The translations under genes were made by a program, and so were the position numbers. 63,866 bases of DNA from a virus (taxonomy: Duplodnaviria; Caudoviricetes). A model generated the notes under the pieces. That model made no database searches. It had not been told where the DNA came from and saw only the letters and a program-made list of their open reading frames with translations. The DNA is taken from the IMG/VR virus record IMGVR_UViG_3300010368_000012, positions 1 to 63,866 of that record; one strand, given 5' to 3'. Of this stretch, positions 55,866 to 63,866 are shown in pieces. The stretch's first letter is position 1. Every line of letters begins with the position of its first letter.

Positions 55866-56214
55866 AATATTCATCCATTGTCTGGATTATTATATCAAAG
55901 AGTTTAATCAAAACTGGATTCATGCCGCTTCGATTGAAGCAGGACTCGGTACGACAAACGAATGATGTACCCATGTATCCGATATAGATATAGGTTTCAT
56001 CTCGGTATTTGATTTTATACAATAGGTTTTTATGGCGCTCAACTGGGTATTCATATGGAATTAACCATGGCACCGCGAAGTATCTGAAATCGGTTATTCT
56101 GAGATTCAAATCACGGAAGTTCTGATAGAATATTTTTTCTAATTTAGAATGAAGAAAATTATCCAACCGCCCACGTGACAGGTCTTGGTGTTGTTTGATC
56201 ATGGCTTCAAGCAT
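55855..56214 (-). CDS. MxDxxxxxH array paralogue
   Basis: MLEAMIKQH start; GYMGTSF; FDIIIQTMDEY. Confidence 0.75.
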   Translation of the reverse strand: MLEAMIKQHQDLSRGRLDNFLHSKLEKIFYQNFRDLNLRITDFRYFAVPWLIPYEYPVERHKNLLYKIKYRDETYIYIGYMGTSFVCRTESCFNRSGMNPVLIKLFDIIIQTMDEYYDQ

Positions 56215-56240
56215 AATATTCATTCCACACGTGAGTGTGT

Positions 56241-56269
56241 ATGATATACTAATTATCGGAAGAAGTCAA
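56241..56269 (-). promoter_or_regulatory. sigma70-type early promoter inside the array
   Basis: TTGACT-17-TATCAT on - strand. Confidence 0.7.
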
Positions 56270-56310
56270 TGGAAACAGAGCATCAATTATTTGTTTAATG
56301 TCATCAAGCA

Positions 56311-56676
56311 TCAGATTGTTCCTCCGTATGGATACAGTTCATCTATACCCTGTTTGATGATGCTAAGGGTTTCTGTAAATTCTGTTATGCTTTGAAAACC
56401 ACGTGTACTGCCTATCATCACTATGCCGCGATATGATAATTTAAAACCATCACAACCACCAGTTTTATATTCAGAAGTACGGTTATATTTGATACCAAAC
56501 ATGGTTTGATATTGTGGTGGCATACTAGAAACAAAATAGGCTTCATCTTCAGCCACGCATGTGATTATACGTATTCCATACTGATTATAATCACCAACAT
56601 GAAACAATTCAGTGATACGGTTATGAGCCGTATTGTCAGATAATACCGAATGCTTATGGATCATTGCTTCTAACAC
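56311..56676 (-). CDS. MxDxxxxxH array paralogue
   Basis: GTG start MLEAMIHKH; SYRGIVM; LSIIKQGIDEL. Confidence 0.75.
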   Translation of the reverse strand: MLEAMIHKHSVLSDNTAHNRITELFHVGDYNQYGIRIITCVAEDEAYFVSSMPPQYQTMFGIKYNRTSEYKTGGCDGFKLSYRGIVMIGSTRGFQSITEFTETLSIIKQGIDELYPYGGTI

Positions 56677-56677
56677 A

Positions 56678-57076
56678 TCAATCCACCGCTTCTATATACT
56701 TGTCGTAATAGATCAGAGATTGTTTAGCGAACCGGTGAAGAAACACGTGAAAGTCTATACCAATCGAATCATTGATAACAATGAACCGGCTCTCAAAAGA
56801 AATACCATTGATGTTCAGGAACATGATCATTCTAAAATTGGATGTGCCGGGTTCATCCTTAACCGTGTACTTGATCATTTTTCCTTTGATACGTATCATG
56901 TCCCATTCGAATGCTTTAACTGCCGCACTCTCGTTATTAGAAAGGCTCGAATATCCGACCGTTGTGTAACCACGAGTAATATCTTTATAATAAGGATCAC
57001 TCAATAGAAAAGCGCGGGTTTCGAGTTTAGCAGTATGGTGTTCGGTGATATATTCAATCGATTGATTTATGTTCAT
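56678..57076 (-). CDS. array paralogue (extended N-terminus)
   Basis: SIEYITEHH; NINGISF. Confidence 0.7.
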   Translation of the reverse strand: MNINQSIEYITEHHTAKLETRAFLLSDPYYKDITRGYTTVGYSSLSNNESAAVKAFEWDMIRIKGKMIKYTVKDEPGTSNFRMIMFLNINGISFESRFIVINDSIGIDFHVFLHRFAKQSLIYYDKYIEAVD

Positions 57077-57500
57077 CTAATCGTTCCATACCCATTTTAT
57101 TGGTCAGTTTCATAATACCGGAAAACAACCGAGTATTCTTTCTAACAAATTCATATTCATTCGTACATGAACCACACTCTATTTCTACAAAGTATTCTAT
57201 ACCATGTAGTAAGATAATCATAGTGATAAAATTACTGGTGGTGTGACCGTCCATACGCCATCCACACAGTACTATATGTACGGTGAACAAACCATAAGGA
57301 GTTCGAAATGGTTTTACGGGGTTCGGATCAAATGATACCGCTGGTAGTTTTTGCATTGAGTAATAATAGACAGTTCTGATCTTTTTGGGGAAAGCCTTTC
57401 GTAAAGCCTTATCATATCGTTTATAATATTCGGAACGCAGATAGGTTACTCTCTGTGAATGAGAACGCACCATATTACGTATCAATTGATTTGTGCTCAT
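57054..57500 (-). CDS. array paralogue (extended N-terminus)
   Basis: LIRNMVRSH; TPYG; LLHGIEY. Confidence 0.7.
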   Translation of the reverse strand: MSTNQLIRNMVRSHSQRVTYLRSEYYKRYDKALRKAFPKKIRTVYYYSMQKLPAVSFDPNPVKPFRTPYGLFTVHIVLCGWRMDGHTTSNFITMIILLHGIEYFVEIECGSCTNEYEFVRKNTRLFSGIMKLTNKMGMERLDEHKSID

Positions 57501-57523
57501 TTAATCTATCCATACTAAGAGCG

Positions 57524-57943
57524 TTAAACATGTTCGTTCATTCGTTTTCGATTGAACTCAATTATATACTCTAATATACCATTAATCAACCGACCATTTC
57601 TACCATAGTATACGCGTGTTGGTATACGAGTATAATTCGGTATTGTAATCTCATACACCATCCCATCCTTAAAAAAGGATATTACAATATAAAACCAATC
57701 ACCAACCATGGGGTTGCGAGCATGTAAGGTAATCTCACCATATTGGGTTGGATATTTGAATGGCGTGTACTGTCTCGGAATAAGACCATCAGCCTTGAAG
57801 ACCTTGACCTGTTCCACATCAGTGTAGGTCAACTTCAACACACTTTCCAAAACATAGGCATATCTGAGACGCTTAGTTCCACAGGACTGCTTATGTTTTT
57901 GCACCATTCCCGTTAACAGTGGATGTTTTGTATCAAACAACAT
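57524..57943 (-). CDS. array paralogue (extended N-terminus)
   Basis: LLTGMVQKH; TQYG; FKDGMVY; YIIEFN. Confidence 0.7.
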   Translation of the reverse strand: MLFDTKHPLLTGMVQKHKQSCGTKRLRYAYVLESVLKLTYTDVEQVKVFKADGLIPRQYTPFKYPTQYGEITLHARNPMVGDWFYIVISFFKDGMVYEITIPNYTRIPTRVYYGRNGRLINGILEYIIEFNRKRMNEHV

Positions 57944-58295
57944 TGAAGTATTTTCTATGCTTTTTATAAACTATTTCTGCCATAGTGTCTGAATACTCAT
58001 GATATCGATCAGGGTTTGTATCATATACATAAAGTGTGTAATGGACACCTTGTATTGACATACAATATAGAACGGCTTTTTTATTAATGTTAATCAACTG
58101 ATGAATTTCAACATCACCCCACTTGGTTGGTGATGTGATCGCCAGTGTTTTATGTTGTCGATGATACTCTTGAACCAATAATACGACCTCGACAGGATGG
58201 AATGTCCTATTCATCACATCTTCCAAGTCGTTTCGATAATGCATTGTGTTATATTGGCACCGTTCCCGGTGTTGTTCACATATTGCCGGGAACAT
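57933..58295 (-). CDS. MxDxxxxxH array paralogue
   Basis: MFPAICEQH start; TKWG; SIQGVHY; KKHRKYF. Confidence 0.75.
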   Translation of the reverse strand: MFPAICEQHRERCQYNTMHYRNDLEDVMNRTFHPVEVVLLVQEYHRQHKTLAITSPTKWGDVEIHQLININKKAVLYCMSIQGVHYTLYVYDTNPDRYHEYSDTMAEIVYKKHRKYFNVV

Positions 58296-58719
58296 ATCGA
58301 TGTCTCACAATTAAATCAGTGAAACGATAGGCTAACCGAGTGATGGTTGCCTCTTCTGTGATGCGAGTTGTCAATAGTAATCGATATAGTTCACCAGCAT
58401 AAGAGAAAGATAGTTCTTTCATCAATGATGAATCATTAGTACCTATATCAGAATAAACAATGACCGATCCATCCATTGTCATTACAACTCCATGCAGTTG
58501 ACTGCTCTTCGGACGGTGAGATTGTTCTGGTGTCCATACATCAACGAAACCAGTGTGGCTGACTTCGATATGAATGTCAGAATCTGACGGAAAGGCGTTT
58601 TTGGTCTTGAACCAATTGAATTTTTTATTCTTATCGAATGCTGCTGTGATTCGTTTACGACCTTCATACAGAAGATCGTGTTTATGGGCTTGTGCAATGG
58701 AATCAATTATTTGTTGCAT
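58276..58719 (-). CDS. array paralogue
   Basis: MQQIIDSIAQAH; SYAGELY; LAYRFTDLI. Confidence 0.7.
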   Translation of the reverse strand: MQQIIDSIAQAHKHDLLYEGRKRITAAFDKNKKFNWFKTKNAFPSDSDIHIEVSHTGFVDVWTPEQSHRPKSSQLHGVVMTMDGSVIVYSDIGTNDSSLMKELSFSYAGELYRLLLTTRITEEATITRLAYRFTDLIVRHRYVPGNM

Positions 58720-59128
58720 TGTATTGCCTGATAAACTGGTGCACGAAATCAGAGAAATGGGTAGCGGCGTTGGTAGCGGCAATGTATGAGAACTCGTGTC
58801 CATTCCCTCTATGAAGCAGGTATGATAACCCTTCGTGGATTATGAGCAAGCAGTCAACGCATCCACGTTTGAAATGATCACCATCATGAGTGATCATAGA
58901 GACGACGCCATAAGCCGTATGAGAGACGGCAACAAGACGCGTTCCAAATTTACTATCTTCATTAACAGATGTTCTAAACGAAGTTGGGGTGAAACTCATA
59001 ATTCGCACAGACGAAAAAACAGAAATACAATCAACCCATGTATATTTTCTGAATGCGTCTTCAAACATACGATCACGACGATTATACGCTTGTGTTTCAT
59101 GTTCTTTTATAATTTGATCAATCATCAT
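58703..59128 (-). CDS. MxDxxxxxH array paralogue
   Basis: MIDQIIKEH; TAYG; IHEGLSY. Confidence 0.75.
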   Translation of the reverse strand: MMIDQIIKEHETQAYNRRDRMFEDAFRKYTWVDCISVFSSVRIMSFTPTSFRTSVNEDSKFGTRLVAVSHTAYGVVSMITHDGDHFKRGCVDCLLIIHEGLSYLLHRGNGHEFSYIAATNAATHFSDFVHQFIRQYNATNN

Positions 59129-59520
59129 TTTACATTTTTGTTAAGCATATTAATGACCCGTTTGGCAATCGTGATAGCAGTCGATCCCTTCACGGCTCGA
59201 TTAAGTCTAACACCAATATGATAATCCTGAAAGGATATACTCATGAACCGGCTTATATTTAGATTACTATCTAAACTGATCCAGAAGCAACAATCCTCGT
59301 GACGATGATTGATCATATGATGGTGATCACGACCACGGAGTCTGTATTCTATCTTGTTATCGCTATCATAATTGGCTCGTTGAATGATCACACTAGCCAT
59401 TGGTATACCACCAACGCGAGTCCAATTACGATGGATCATTTCATGAATGAGCGCATACAATAGGTCTGTGTGTACATCCTGAGTGATCTGATAATGCTGT
59501 CTGGCGATTGCATCAAGCAT
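59125..59520 (-). CDS. MxDxxxxxH array paralogue
   Basis: MLDAIARQH start; IAKRVINML. Confidence 0.75.
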   Translation of the reverse strand: MLDAIARQHYQITQDVHTDLLYALIHEMIHRNWTRVGGIPMASVIIQRANYDSDNKIEYRLRGRDHHHMINHRHEDCCFWISLDSNLNISRFMSISFQDYHIGVRLNRAVKGSTAITIAKRVINMLNKNVK

Positions 59521-60007
59521 GGTCTTTGAAATCTTTGTTCAATTGAATAATGACATCAATAAACCGATTGGCCAACTTTTTGAGCACTGAGTATGATGTT
59601 AATGCATCTTTATAATAGAGGATGTAATGATAACCTTGGTAGACATATTCTATACCTTGTGCTATATGATAGTTCGCGTCATCCGTCACCATCATATAAG
59701 ACCGTGTAGGTCGTATGATGATCACCATTCCGTCATCCAACGTTAGAACATCATCTATTTGCTCATACATGAAAGATTTAGATACGGCGTGTGTTCGTTC
59801 GTTGTCAATATAGTTCCAAAGAGGATCAACCCGAGTAATATACACACATTCGGCTTGCCGTAAGCGATCAGGTGTTTTCAACCAATCGGAACACGACATC
59901 TTTTTGATTACATCGGTCGCATACTCTATGAAAGCTTTTCCCGTGATGCGACGATGAAGTTTAATATCAATGAAACTAGCCGGTATCATCTGAAGGCTCC
60001 TACTCAC
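59513..60007 (-). CDS. probable first, divergent array paralogue
   Basis: C-half VYQGYHY...LANRFIDVII matches 58276; N-terminal motif degenerate. Confidence 0.65.
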   Translation of the reverse strand: MSRSLQMIPASFIDIKLHRRITGKAFIEYATDVIKKMSCSDWLKTPDRLRQAECVYITRVDPLWNYIDNERTHAVSKSFMYEQIDDVLTLDDGMVIIIRPTRSYMMVTDDANYHIAQGIEYVYQGYHYILYYKDALTSYSVLKKLANRFIDVIIQLNKDFKDHA

Positions 60008-60015
60008 AATGTGGA

Positions 60016-60306
60016 TCAGTTATACCGGCTTTGAATAATATGATGTGCCACATCGAGTTCTTTTTTCAATTCTTCAATACGTTGTTTCATGGCAGCAACA
60101 ATGGATACTATCCATGAAACACCCACTGCGGAGAACGCCTTGTTAAAATGTTCGTCTTGTTCCACAGGCATAACCACATAGATGAAATCATGCATTACCG
60201 GGAAGATACCGGCTATTATATGAATCAAACCAAGCATCGCAATAAACCAAGCGAACCCTTTAACCCATCGTGGAGAAATATCACTAAAGTCTTTATCTTT
60301 AATCAT
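60016..60306 (-). CDS. two-TM membrane protein with C-terminal coiled coil
   Basis: 96-aa ORF; two hydrophobic segments. Confidence 0.7.
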   Translation of the reverse strand: MIKDKDFSDISPRWVKGFAWFIAMLGLIHIIAGIFPVMHDFIYVVMPVEQDEHFNKAFSAVGVSWIVSIVAAMKQRIEELKKELDVAHHIIQSRYN

Positions 60307-60761
60307 TGTTTCACCGTCACAATCAGTTTTTCGGGTTGAGGCACTTCATAATAGTTTTCCAACCATTGTTTGATCAAGTTTGAATAGAAGGAATAATCCT
60401 CATCGACTGGATGGGATAGATCATACATCAAGACATATGATTCAATCTTCTGCATGAAGGAAGCCAATAGGTTCCAATCTTCACGAACCATTTTAAATAC
60501 ATCGAGTTGAACCAGATCGATTCGTTTGGCAATTAGTTTGGTGATAAAGCGATCACAGATATTAGCTTCAGCTGTGCCTACTTGTTTAGACATACGTTTG
60601 GACACCACCATCATGTTGACCAACACTTTGGCATCACCATCATAGAGCACATGTGATTTATCATTCATACCAACGAAGATACGGTTTTCCCGAGTGGAGT
60701 AACCGTCTTCGCCTAGAAGTGCTATCACTTCTGGTTCATATGAATATTCATCATCAGACAT
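60303..60761 (-). CDS. hypothetical protein
   Basis: 152-aa ORF; coupled to neighbours. Confidence 0.7.
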   Translation of the reverse strand: MSDDEYSYEPEVIALLGEDGYSTRENRIFVGMNDKSHVLYDGDAKVLVNMMVVSKRMSKQVGTAEANICDRFITKLIAKRIDLVQLDVFKMVREDWNLLASFMQKIESYVLMYDLSHPVDEDYSFYSNLIKQWLENYYEVPQPEKLIVTVKQ

Positions 60762-61137
60762 TAGTTTTCACTTCATCAAAATCAGGTACAGCATATTTGT
60801 GTTTAAACTTTACACCATAACCACTATGTCTGTCAAGTAGTCGTTCAGCCATTTCTATATAGGTGTTATCAAATATATAAAGATCAGCATCTATTTTAAG
60901 AGCTGGCACTAATTGCTTAACGGATTTTATAAAGTTTTGCATACGGGTTGCATCGTAATAAAGAATGCGACCACCATGAGAGTGCCGATTAATAACTTTT
61001 GAATATCCGAAATCAATATGACTTTTGGCATATTGATTAAGCTTGGCAAGAAACGCATTCCAGCAACGGGGCGTTACTTTGAATATGGTTTTGCCGTTAT
61101 GATTACGGACAATATATGTTGCTTTTTTACGTACCAT
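60754..61137 (-). CDS. hypothetical protein
   Basis: 127-aa ORF. Confidence 0.7.
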   Translation of the reverse strand: MVRKKATYIVRNHNGKTIFKVTPRCWNAFLAKLNQYAKSHIDFGYSKVINRHSHGGRILYYDATRMQNFIKSVKQLVPALKIDADLYIFDNTYIEMAERLLDRHSGYGVKFKHKYAVPDFDEVKTNV

Positions 61138-61139
61138 GA

Positions 61140-61607
61140 TTAAACCGGACCCATATAAGGAGTATTGGTTGGGTGAAGATGAGGGATGGTCACCGAGTAG
61201 GTAACATGTGGTTGATGATTATCTAACCATTGGGTAGCCAAGTCCAATGCAGTCTCATCGGATCGTAATACAGAATCTACACCCAGAAAAATATAATGTT
61301 GTTGTATGATTATTGTCAGTCTATCCCATAAGGAATAATCAAACTCTCTTGATTCATAACTTCCACATAGATTATAATACATCAACGATTCGAGAGGATC
61401 GTATCTACATTCTTTCCTCACTCGAAACAAACCGCACACAATCGTTCTCAAAGCTTTGCGAACAGCTTGATCTTTTGTATATCTATTAATGACCAACAAC
61501 ATACGACAAAACGTAACATTGGTTGTCTTAACCAGTGTGGTTTTTGGCACCGTTGAATACACCGTGAGGGGATTCGATGCGACATCATTATTGAAAACGG
61601 ATTTCAT
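61140..61607 (-). CDS. hypothetical protein
   Basis: Start moved to MKSVFNN to avoid overlap with groES. Confidence 0.65.
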   Translation of the reverse strand: MKSVFNNDVASNPLTVYSTVPKTTLVKTTNVTFCRMLLVINRYTKDQAVRKALRTIVCGLFRVRKECRYDPLESLMYYNLCGSYESREFDYSLWDRLTIIIQQHYIFLGVDSVLRSDETALDLATQWLDNHQPHVTYSVTIPHLHPTNTPYMGPV

Positions 61608-61650
61608 CGGATGTCCCACATGAAGATCGCCCCACGCTGTAGCAGAGAGT

Positions 61651-61935
61651 TTACCCGAGCGCGACAATATCTTGTTCCAATACCAAGTAACATTCAGCAC
61701 CTTCGTATTGAACTTCGTTATCACCCCAGTTAGCAACGGTCACTCGATCCCCAACAGAGACACAAAGCGGCTGCTTGTTACCCTTCTTATCAATTGAACC
61801 GGTGCCTACAGCGATTACAGTGCCCGTCTGTGGCTTCTTTAGTTCACCTGACAAGATGATAAGTCCACTCGCAGAATGTGTCTGTGAAACGTCTGGTTTG
61901 ACCATTACTCGATCATGCAGTGGTTGAAATGTCAT
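61651..61935 (-). CDS. groES: co-chaperonin GroES
   Basis: FQPLHDRVMVK, SASGLII mobile loop, GTVIAVGTG, VGDRV, EQDIVA. Confidence 0.93.
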   Translation of the reverse strand: MTFQPLHDRVMVKPDVSQTHSASGLIILSGELKKPQTGTVIAVGTGSIDKKGNKQPLCVSVGDRVTVANWGDNEVQYEGAECYLVLEQDIVALG

Positions 61936-62243
61936 TTTTTAATCCTTTTCTCGATTTTGGTCCATTTGACTTGGACAAGGGTTTCGCTGCCATCATCATT
62001 ATCGTTAGACATTATTTTGTCCAGCATATAGTTTTGGCGAGCTTCAGCGGTTGCTTTACGTTTGTAATGTTCTTCAGATGTCCAATCCGGTGTGCCTTCA
62101 GCTGGATTGATATCATACATCATGAGAGCATATATATAATCACGTGGCCAGTATATGCTTACCACGAGGATTATAAGAATCGGTGTAGCGATAAGCCAAT
62201 ACCACATAACAGGAGGACTGACTACAAATTCCAAAAAGGTCAT
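61932..62243 (-). CDS. membrane-anchored hypothetical protein
   Basis: N-terminal TM helix; ATGA coupling. Confidence 0.7.
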   Translation of the reverse strand: MTFLEFVVSPPVMWYWLIATPILIILVVSIYWPRDYIYALMMYDINPAEGTPDWTSEEHYKRKATAEARQNYMLDKIMSNDNDDGSETLVQVKWTKIEKRIKK

Positions 62244-62593
62244 AACGATTTCTCCATATCATGTTCTTCAATGATATCGCCTTCACCATTCTCCATTCGT
62301 GCATACAAGATGTCACGACTAACAGTAAGCTTTCCGATATCGAAGTCGCGATGTTTCAAAAAATCAACTTTCTTACCTAGTTGATTGATCATCCATTTGC
62401 GGGCCGATGATTCATAGCTAAAACGTTTGATGCGTTTATATAATGGATTGTGATAATTTTTTTCATTTTGAACAATCACCACGAACCGATATTTGATTCT
62501 GTCCGCAAATAAGGGCCAAGACATTACCACGAAGAGTAGAAGTAATGGTGAAAAAATCATTACCACGGAGAATGCTTCTTGATCGGGGTTCAT
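62240..62593 (-). CDS. membrane-anchored hypothetical protein
   Basis: N-terminal TM helix; ATGA coupling. Confidence 0.7.
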   Translation of the reverse strand: MNPDQEAFSVVMIFSPLLLLFVVMSWPLFADRIKYRFVVIVQNEKNYHNPLYKRIKRFSYESSARKWMINQLGKKVDFLKHRDFDIGKLTVSRDILYARMENGEGDIIEEHDMEKSL

Positions 62594-62892
62594 TGCACAG
62601 CTCTCATATAATCGAGTAAGAGTTCTTTACCCTTATCAGTAACATAGTAATGATACATCACACGGGTGCTACTGAAATCATCATCGCGACCAAACAAATG
62701 GTATTTTTTCAATCGTTCAGCAATACCGTTTGGATCAATACGCATCAGAATATACCGATTACGATCCTCTGCGGTGTGCTGTGGTGAAAAACGATCACCA
62801 AGAGCATGCTTAAGCATCTTGAGTTCTTCAGGAAGAAGATATTTTTCTTTATTCTGTGACAACAGTTGTTCCTCCTGCGATTTCAGCAAGTT
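62590..62892 (-). CDS. hypothetical protein
   Basis: MLKHALG...RNRY motif; start uncertain. Confidence 0.6.
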   Translation of the reverse strand, partial: NLLKSQEEQLLSQNKEKYLLPEELKMLKHALGDRFSPQHTAEDRNRYILMRIDPNGIAERLKKYHLFGRDDDFSSTRVMYHYYVTDKGKELLLDYMRAVQ

Positions 62893-63064
62893 CATTGATA
62901 CCAGCCGCAACACACGCTATAGCGAACAATGCCAATACCAATCCAAATATCCCTACACCTATTCGCCAATTTTTCGATGCATCTTGTAACAAATACGCTA
63001 TAGAGAAAGCAGTGGTGATTAGGCCCATCCCTATCATGGCGACATAAAGCAATAAAAACATCAC
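62849..63064 (-). CDS. small two-TM membrane protein
   Basis: 71-aa hydrophobic ORF. Confidence 0.65.
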   Translation of the reverse strand: MMFLLLYVAMIGMGLITTAFSIAYLLQDASKNWRIGVGIFGLVLALFAIACVAAGINELAEIAGGTTVVTE

Positions 63065-63276
63065 GAGCCTCTATTGATTAGTATGACACCATATGTTCCT
63101 GCTATCATAGCAAACACACTAATCGCACACCAAGCAATCTTAATGAAAATACTTCTGACGTAACCGAACGGCGTATATCCATCATGGACACTAGTGACTA
63201 TTCCAACAGAGAACGAAAACGCGCCCCCTATCATTAGTATTACATATATGACTTTATATAATTCAACAGACATCAT
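63061..63276 (-). CDS. small two-TM membrane protein (paralogue of 63273)
   Basis: DGYTPFG loop between two TM helices. Confidence 0.7.
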   Translation of the reverse strand: MMSVELYKVIYVILMIGGAFSFSVGIVTSVHDGYTPFGYVRSIFIKIAWCAISVFAMIAGTYGVILINRGS

Positions 63277-63485
63277 GGAACCTGTTGGCATAAATTAATG
63301 CCCCATATAGATAAGGCTATCATGATAATACTACCTGAACCCCACATTCTTATAATAAGATAGTTTCTAATAGTACCGAAAGGCGTCCATCCGTCTTCAA
63401 CAAAGGTAATAATTGCAGCTACCAATGAGAATCCTCCCACAAACACCAGCACTATATAGGTTGAGAAATAGTTTTCCATTGACAT
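63273..63485 (-). CDS. small two-TM membrane protein
   Basis: DGWTPFG loop between two TM helices. Confidence 0.7.
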   Translation of the reverse strand: MSMENYFSTYIVLVFVGGFSLVAAIITFVEDGWTPFGTIRNYLIIRMWGSGSIIMIALSIWGINLCQQVP

Positions 63486-63508
63486 TGTGTCTGTCTCATA
63501 TTGTGTTC

Positions 63509-63542
63509 AGTGTTTTATAATATAAAACACTTGATGAGTCAA
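63509..63542 (-). promoter_or_regulatory. sigma70-type promoter embedded in a 23-bp palindrome
   Basis: TTGACT-17-TATAAA on - strand; AGTGTTTTATA-A-TATAAAACACT. Confidence 0.6.
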
Positions 63543-63545
63543 GCG

Positions 63546-63866
63546 TTATTCGAACCCAACCGATGTGATCCGGTTCTTTTTGGTTGTGATCATGATGCGG
63601 TCAGCATAATCAACCATTTCCTTACGGTGTGAGATAAGGAAGATGTTGCGTTTTCTAACCTGTGCCATCTCATAGAGGACAGCAACGGCACGTTCAGCAC
63701 CCGGACCATCCATACCGGAATCAAGACGTTCATCGATCCCGTAGAAATTGATGGGGAAGTTCATGCGTTCAAACAAATCACGGAATGCCCATGACAAGGC
63801 TACACCAACCCGTTCTTCTTCACCTGATGACATAACCGAGAACGAACCCTCTTGATCAAAGTCAAA
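63546..63866 (-). CDS. 3' end of Rad50/SbcC (T4 gp46-like) recombination ATPase
   Basis: ABC signature MSSGE, Walker B/D-loop IDERLDSGMD, H-loop ISHR; frame continues past the window edge. Confidence 0.9.
   Translation of the reverse strand, partial: FDFDQEGSFSVMSSGEEERVGVALSWAFRDLFERMNFPINFYGIDERLDSGMDGPGAERAVAVLYEMAQVRKRNIFLISHRKEMVDYADRIMITTKKNRITSVGFE

Noticed and set aside
48664-58803. Longer upstream starts given by the ORF track for many array genes
   Set aside because: They run deep into the preceding gene; the internal Met at the shared motif gives short standard overlaps
37577-60007. Diversity-generating retroelement as the cause of the paralogue diversity
   Set aside because: No reverse transcriptase in the window and no template/variable repeat pair with adenine-specific mismatches; repeats differ at all base types

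Overview
This is a 63.9-kb fragment of a large, T4-related (jumbo-type) tailed phage genome, read in the standard genetic code. Left part (1-19.4 kb): late virion genes with T4-like TAAATA/TATAAATA promoters, an AAA+ ATPase, an XpaC-like/TelA pair, and a minus-strand head/tail block (gp26-like chaperone with a predicted -1 frameshift, tape-measure-like protein, portal, acidic core protein, prohead protease, scaffold, major capsid protein). Middle part (19.5-37.6 kb): two tRNA-Arg(UCU) genes, thyA, folA, a RuvC-like nuclease, a kinase, phosphoesterases, GMP reductase and many early hypothetical genes. Right part: two adjacent paralogue arrays. The first (37.6-48.3 kb) is a late-expressed mosaic cluster of HRxDGPA-repeat proteins with capsid-targeting-like N-termini, repeated ~45-bp junction cassettes and Nudix or ADP-ribosyltransferase-like cargo. 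The second (48.7-60.0 kb) is about 27 mostly overlapping, highly diverged 100-165 aa genes sharing an N-terminal M-h-D-x-h-h-x-x-H motif (h = hydrophobic), plus internally deleted remnants. It is the best candidate for an undescribed system. groES and the 3' end of a Rad50/gp46-like gene close the window. All calls come from reading motifs by eye; no database searches were run.
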